From Campylobacterota bacterium (lineage in GTDB: Bacteria > Campylobacterota > Campylobacteria > Campylobacterales > Sulfurimonadaceae), in the NCBI GenBank assembly GCA_034661055.1, contig JAYEKO010000018.1, positions 1 through 22,258 of the forward strand: DNA of 22,258 bases. The letters run 5' to 3'. Shown in pieces: positions 18,257-22,258 of this stretch; the stretch's first letter is position 1; each line of letters starts with the position of its first letter. Made by a program: the position numbers and the translations under genes. The notes under the pieces were generated by a model. The model had not been told where the DNA came from. It did not search any database and saw only the letters and a program-made list of their open reading frames with translations.

Positions 18257-18347
18257 AGCGCGATTATGACATGAATTTAATTGTAAAGTACTTATATTTT
18301 AGATATAACCCATACTAAATTTGCTAAAATTAAAAATGGATTCTTAT

Positions 18348-20453
18348 ATGAAAAAACTATTTTACTCTTTTTTATTAGCCACTAATATTCTTATAGCCAG
18401 TGAATACATTATGTTACAACCAAATAACTTAGTAGATGAATTTGTTGCTACTGCTACAGGTATTGATGATAGTAACGTAGAAATAATTCATACTAATACT
18501 ATTGATTTAACAAAACAAGCAAATAATACTACTTTGTTTAATCAGACTGGTCATAATCCTGAACTTTGGTATACACCTGAAGGATGGCAACAATATAAGT
18601 TTTTTATACCTCCAGGAATTAGTAAAGCATCTGTAAGTCTTGCAATGAAACCAAACGCTACATTACGTGTTCACTTGACATATAAGCCGATATCGACCAT
18701 TAACCATAATATTACAATTAAAGATCAGTTAGTATTGAACAGTCATATTACTCATGAATATATTATATATAACACGGGTGAAATTTTTATTAATAAAGAT
18801 TTAGTTAACAGCACAGGAGGTGGATATGCATATCTTGATATTATTGAAGATGCTGCAAATTTTAATTCATTCTTTGGTTTTGTATCTCCAGAAGTTCGCA
18901 TTAATACAAATATAATCATTAGCAATGAAGATAGATTTGACAGCTGGAAAGGCAATGTTACTTTGGCATCTAATGGCATACCAGTTGATGATATGCAATA
19001 TCTAGAGATTATTGACAAGTTTGAAGGTGATAGTACTATAAGTAGAACAATTATTATGGATACTATAAATAATACAGTTCTCTCAACCACCCAAGAAACC
19101 CAAACCAAAGAGCTAATAGACTACACCTACAACACCCCAACCTATAAAGCCAAAGTCCAAGAACTAAAAACAGAACTCTTGGCAACAACAGCATCTTCAG
19201 TTGATGAAATAGCAGATGGTAATGGACTCTATGTAGAATATAAAGAAGGCTACTCAGGTATTATCTACAATGCACCAGAAGGAACCAAAGGAAGCTCTAG
19301 CAGTTCATCACTTACGAATGATCAATTAGATGAACAACTTACCATCTTTAAACAAGCCGCACTTCGAACCGGAAATAAAAAAGTACTAGCCCTTGCAGCA
19401 CAATATTTTGATTGGGGAAGTAATGATGATGTACCACAACTAGCAACCATGCTTCAAGCCAATGGTTTTGATGTGACCTATAAGCATTATGACTCTAAAC
19501 AGTCAGGTATAGTCAATGACTTTAAAGAGTGGGGTGATTACGGTATTGTCCTTATCTCTACTCATGGTGTAGCACGACCTGAAAAAAGCAGGACTTCTGC
19601 TGCTGTTAATGTAGCAATTGATACTAACATTGCACCTGATAAAGTAAGTGATCAAGATCTTAAAGATAAGAAGTTCATACTTTGGAGTAATTGTGATAAT
19701 AACAAAGTATGTCATGACTCTTTGCTAGCGAGTAACCTCTTTTTTGAAGAAGAGCTTTCAAACCTTCCTAATACACTTGTGTATATAAGTGCCTGTTATG
19801 TCGGTAAACATGATGCTATGGCCGAACTCCTTTTTAATAAAGGGGCTGAGACAATGATCGGGTACAGTGATCTGGTCAAAGTCTCTTTTGCCAAGGAACA
19901 CGGTATTGATATCTTTACACGAGTGATGGGAGATGAGAGTGTTGAGAGCATCTTTGAATTACCGCAAACTGAAGATATTTCTCAAGGCTTTCCTACAGGG
20001 ATTAAAGAGAGTGATGACACTCCAGCAGAGATTATTGTTTACCAAAGAAGTGCTGTTGATTATACAGATGTCCTCTCATCTAAGACCTATGCTATTGCAG
20101 GAAGCTTTGCATCCTATGACTTTGCAGGAGTAGACAAAGCGTTTGACTGGGTCTTTACGACAACAGGCGGAAGTGTCTTTCAGCTTCAGGGGAAAGAGCC
20201 TACTGACAAAGATGTATTTGGATGGAGTCCAGTTAGCAATATAGCCAATACAACACCAGCTTGGTATATGTTCCCACTTGGAGAAGATATTGACGGTGAT
20301 GGTGATACGAAGTTTGATTGGATCTTTGTTGGTGTAGCTTCAAAGGCGGTTTATAAGCTAGCTGGGGTTAGTGATGAAGGGACTTTTATGTATTCTGATA
20401 AGATTGAGGTTAATTATAGTATTGGTGGGAATGAAGTACATTTCAAGAACTGA
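18348..20453 (+). CDS. Secreted multidomain protein with a clan CD (gingipain/CHAT-like) cysteine peptidase domain
   Basis: Signal peptide from ATG 18348; IVLISTHG (His at 19563) and LVYISACY (Cys at 19794) dyad followed by GAETMIGY; C-terminal domain with FDW repeats and DIDGDGD. Confidence 0.6.
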   Translation: MKKLFYSFLLATNILIASEYIMLQPNNLVDEFVATATGIDDSNVEIIHTNTIDLTKQANNTTLFNQTGHNPELWYTPEGWQQYKFFIPPGISKASVSLAMKPNATLRVHLTYKPISTINHNITIKDQLVLNSHITHEYIIYNTGEIFINKDLVNSTGGGYAYLDIIEDAANFNSFFGFVSPEVRINTNIIISNEDRFDSWKGNVTLASNGIPVDDMQYLEIIDKFEGDSTISRTIIMDTINNTVLSTTQETQTKELIDYTYNTPTYKAKVQELKTELLATTASSVDEIADGNGLYVEYKEGYSGIIYNAPEGTKGSSSSSSLTNDQLDEQLTIFKQAALRTGNKKVLALAAQYFDWGSNDDVPQLATMLQANGFDVTYKHYDSKQSGIVNDFKEWGDYGIVLISTHGVARPEKSRTSAAVNVAIDTNIAPDKVSDQDLKDKKFILWSNCDNNKVCHDSLLASNLFFEEELSNLPNTLVYISACYVGKHDAMAELLFNKGAETMIGYSDLVKVSFAKEHGIDIFTRVMGDESVESIFELPQTEDISQGFPTGIKESDDTPAEIIVYQRSAVDYTDVLSSKTYAIAGSFASYDFAGVDKAFDWVFTTTGGSVFQLQGKEPTDKDVFGWSPVSNIANTTPAWYMFPLGEDIDGDGDTKFDWIFVGVASKAVYKLAGVSDEGTFMYSDKIEVNYSIGGNEVHFKN

Positions 20454-20544
20454 TTCCTGTAATAAGGCCATCTATTTTATTTTGTTATTTAAGTGCTATT
20501 ACGATATGATTGTGCACTTTAATTTAGATTAAAAAGGATTTTTA

Positions 20545-21855
20545 ATGGCGAAAAAACAGATTTTAAGTTTCGTTGCGGCTTCACTCATTGCTGCTTCATT
20601 TGTAGGATGTGGCAGTAGCTGTCGTCCGGGTACTGATTGTAGTGGTGGAGGAACAACACCTCCTCCTGTAGAGCCAGGTACTATTGATATTACAGCTTCT
20701 GCTCCATATATTTATGAGTCAGATGTTAGAAAAAGTGGTGTTGTTTTTGATACACAAAATGGTGCTATCTACACTTGGAATGATACCGAAGTAGGTGCGT
20801 TTGAAAGCATAGGTGGTGCAAGTGATACTAATGGTAATGGTATGGCTGATTCTGAGGATCCAATTGCTCCAGATATGAAAGCTAATGCTGGATCTCTTAA
20901 CATTAACCAATTTACAACCTTGGAGGCTAATGGTATGAGCCTTGATGCAATCAACGCTCGTTACGGTATTGCACTTGCTACAACCGATATTGATGTAACA
21001 AAAGCAGATTTAGCTACTTATAAAGCGGCTGCAAAAGCTGGTTTAGAGTTAGCATACGCTCAAGATGATGATGGACAAATTACACCTCCAAGTCCTGAAG
21101 ATCCAGACAATCCTGAAGATCCAGACAATCCTGAAGATCCAGACAATCCTGAAGATCCAGACAATCCTGAAGATCCAGACAACCCTGATGATCCAGACAA
21201 CCCTGAAGATCCAGACAATCCTGATGATCCAGGAACAGGACTTCCAAACTGTGATGATGTACATGGATGTATCTCAAATGAAGAGCAAATAACTCCTTGT
21301 AGCCCTGATGAATGTATTGTATGTGATGATGAAACTACAATCTGTACAGATTGTGAAGAAAATGAGATGCCAGCAGTTGTAAATCCTGAGCAAATTACTC
21401 CTCCTACTCCTGCTGTAGCACTGAGATCAGACTGTCTTCCTGGACAAGAGTGTCCTGATGAAGAAGTGGTAGTAGCAGACTGTCTTCCTGGACAAGACTG
21501 TACACAAGAGCCTGCAATGGATGAACCTGAAGACGAAGCTCCAGAAGAACCTGAAGTGGATGCACCAACACCTGATGCAGAAGAACCAGAAGCTGACTTC
21601 CCTGAAGATCTACTAGCAGCATTTGCAGCTATTGATGCAGCTGAAGATATGGCAGCAGTTGATGCAATTATGCAGAGTGAACTAGGTAAATACACAGGTT
21701 ATTTTGGAGTAGAAGCTCCAGAGACACCAGATAATGGTGAAGCTACAGACTGTCTTCCTGGACAAGACTGTACTAAAGAGCCAGAAGTAGAAGAGCCGGC
21801 AATAGAACCTATAACTACAGAAATTTCAAATCAAATTACTCCTCCTAGTCCATAG
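20545..21855 (+). CDS. Acidic Pro/Cys-rich repeat lipoprotein
   Basis: AAGGA RBS; lipobox FVG-C; DTNGNG motif; PEDPDN tandem repeat; three DCLPGQ(D/E)C and four QITP(P/C)(S/T)P motifs. Confidence 0.85.
   Translation: MAKKQILSFVAASLIAASFVGCGSSCRPGTDCSGGGTTPPPVEPGTIDITASAPYIYESDVRKSGVVFDTQNGAIYTWNDTEVGAFESIGGASDTNGNGMADSEDPIAPDMKANAGSLNINQFTTLEANGMSLDAINARYGIALATTDIDVTKADLATYKAAAKAGLELAYAQDDDGQITPPSPEDPDNPEDPDNPEDPDNPEDPDNPEDPDNPDDPDNPEDPDNPDDPGTGLPNCDDVHGCISNEEQITPCSPDECIVCDDETTICTDCEENEMPAVVNPEQITPPTPAVALRSDCLPGQECPDEEVVVADCLPGQDCTQEPAMDEPEDEAPEEPEVDAPTPDAEEPEADFPEDLLAAFAAIDAAEDMAAVDAIMQSELGKYTGYFGVEAPETPDNGEATDCLPGQDCTKEPEVEEPAIEPITTEISNQITPPSP
21094..21231 (+). repeat. 18-bp in-frame tandem repeat (about 7.7 copies) encoding P(E/D)DPDN
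   Basis: Unit CCTGA(A/T)GATCCAGACAA(T/C) starting at 21094, 21112, 21130, 21148, 21166, 21184 and 21202, with a partial copy at 21220. Confidence 0.97.
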
Positions 21856-21859
21856 TTTA

Positions 21860-21887
21860 AACAATAATCTCTTCTGAGATTATTGTT
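21860..21887 (+). terminator. Intrinsic terminator after the lipoprotein gene
   Basis: AACAATAATCTC-TTCT-GAGATTATTGTT 12-bp perfect stem 4 nt after the stop. Confidence 0.7.
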
Positions 21888-22076
21888 CTTAAAAGTCGAC
21901 GTATTATCCAAAAAAACTCGTTAATACCTGATGAGCATTCCTAAAAATACCATCTCAGTATTCCAATTTGAAATGAATCAATTTTTGAAAATTATTTCTT
22001 TATTTTCTACTCTTTTTAGTAAATGTTCTTGTAATATTTCATTTTTTTGAAGCTCACTTGCTTCATTTTTCCTATT

Positions 22077-22258
22077 TTAGAAGTGACTATTTTTATACCT
22101 AAATCCAAGAAGCTGCATAAAAGAGAAACGATCTTTAATTTGAAACTCTGTCTGTTCATCGGAAAGGTTATAGTATTGTTGAAGTATAGTAATCTTGAAC
22201 ATCATGAGTCTATCATGGGGAGGTCTTCCTCCTGGTGCTTTAGGTTCTGCATGTAAAG
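22077..22258 (-). mobile_element. IS5-family transposase remnant (N-terminal DUF772-type region, truncated)
   Basis: Minus frame reads ...PGGRPPHDRLMMFKITILQQYYNLSDEQTEFQIKDRFSFMQLLG then FRYKNSHF*; stops long before any DDE domain; 5' part is beyond the window. Confidence 0.85.

Noticed and set aside
772..20954. Other short ORFs in the track nested in or antisense to the called genes (e.g. 772-1002, 1156-1422, 4998-5225, 11420-11740, 14453-14836, 18752-19108)
   Set aside because: No recognisable motifs, and they overlap better-supported genes
21094..21231. Tandem repeat as a CRISPR array or iteron set
   Set aside because: Contiguous 18-bp units without spacers, in frame within a coding sequence, with variation only at third codon positions
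21049..21695. Alternative-frame and antisense ORFs over the repeat lipoprotein (e.g. 21060-21695 minus, 211 aa)
   Set aside because: Shadow ORFs caused by stop-free repeats and biased codon use; the plus-strand lipoprotein has an RBS, lipobox and terminator
22047..22256. 69-aa plus-strand ORF
   Set aside because: Antisense to the clearly recognisable IS5 transposase fragment

Overview
AT-rich bacterial chromosomal segment, most likely from a Campylobacterota (Sulfurimonas/Sulfurovum-like) genome. The taxon is inferred from the conserved glnA/cheZ/U32/purE/DUF3972/glyQ order and the TG-n-TATAAT promoters. The core block (glyQ ... DUF89, DUF3972, purE, U32 peptidase, cheZ, hisJ, glnA, MCP, leuA) is interrupted between glyQ and DUF89 by about 5.9 kb of accessory DNA. 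That DNA starts with an M6 metalloprotease lipoprotein, followed by a separate gene that looks like its missing propeptide. Next comes a ~4.1 kb mosaic island (about 2808-6921) holding a decayed DUF89 fragment, a BrnT-like TA pair destroyed by one deletion, a hipA-then-HTH module, an integron attC-like site, a small ORF plus Fic gene ending in a truncated second attC-like site, and an EAL-domain scrap. After leuA lies an orphan two-gene operon encoding a lambda O-like replication-initiator protein and an unknown partner, with no other phage genes nearby. Then come a secreted clan CD-like peptidase, an acidic repeat-rich lipoprotein and an IS5 transposase remnant. The palindrome TACATGTA is strongly over-represented across the window. 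All homology calls come from motif recognition by eye; no searches were run.
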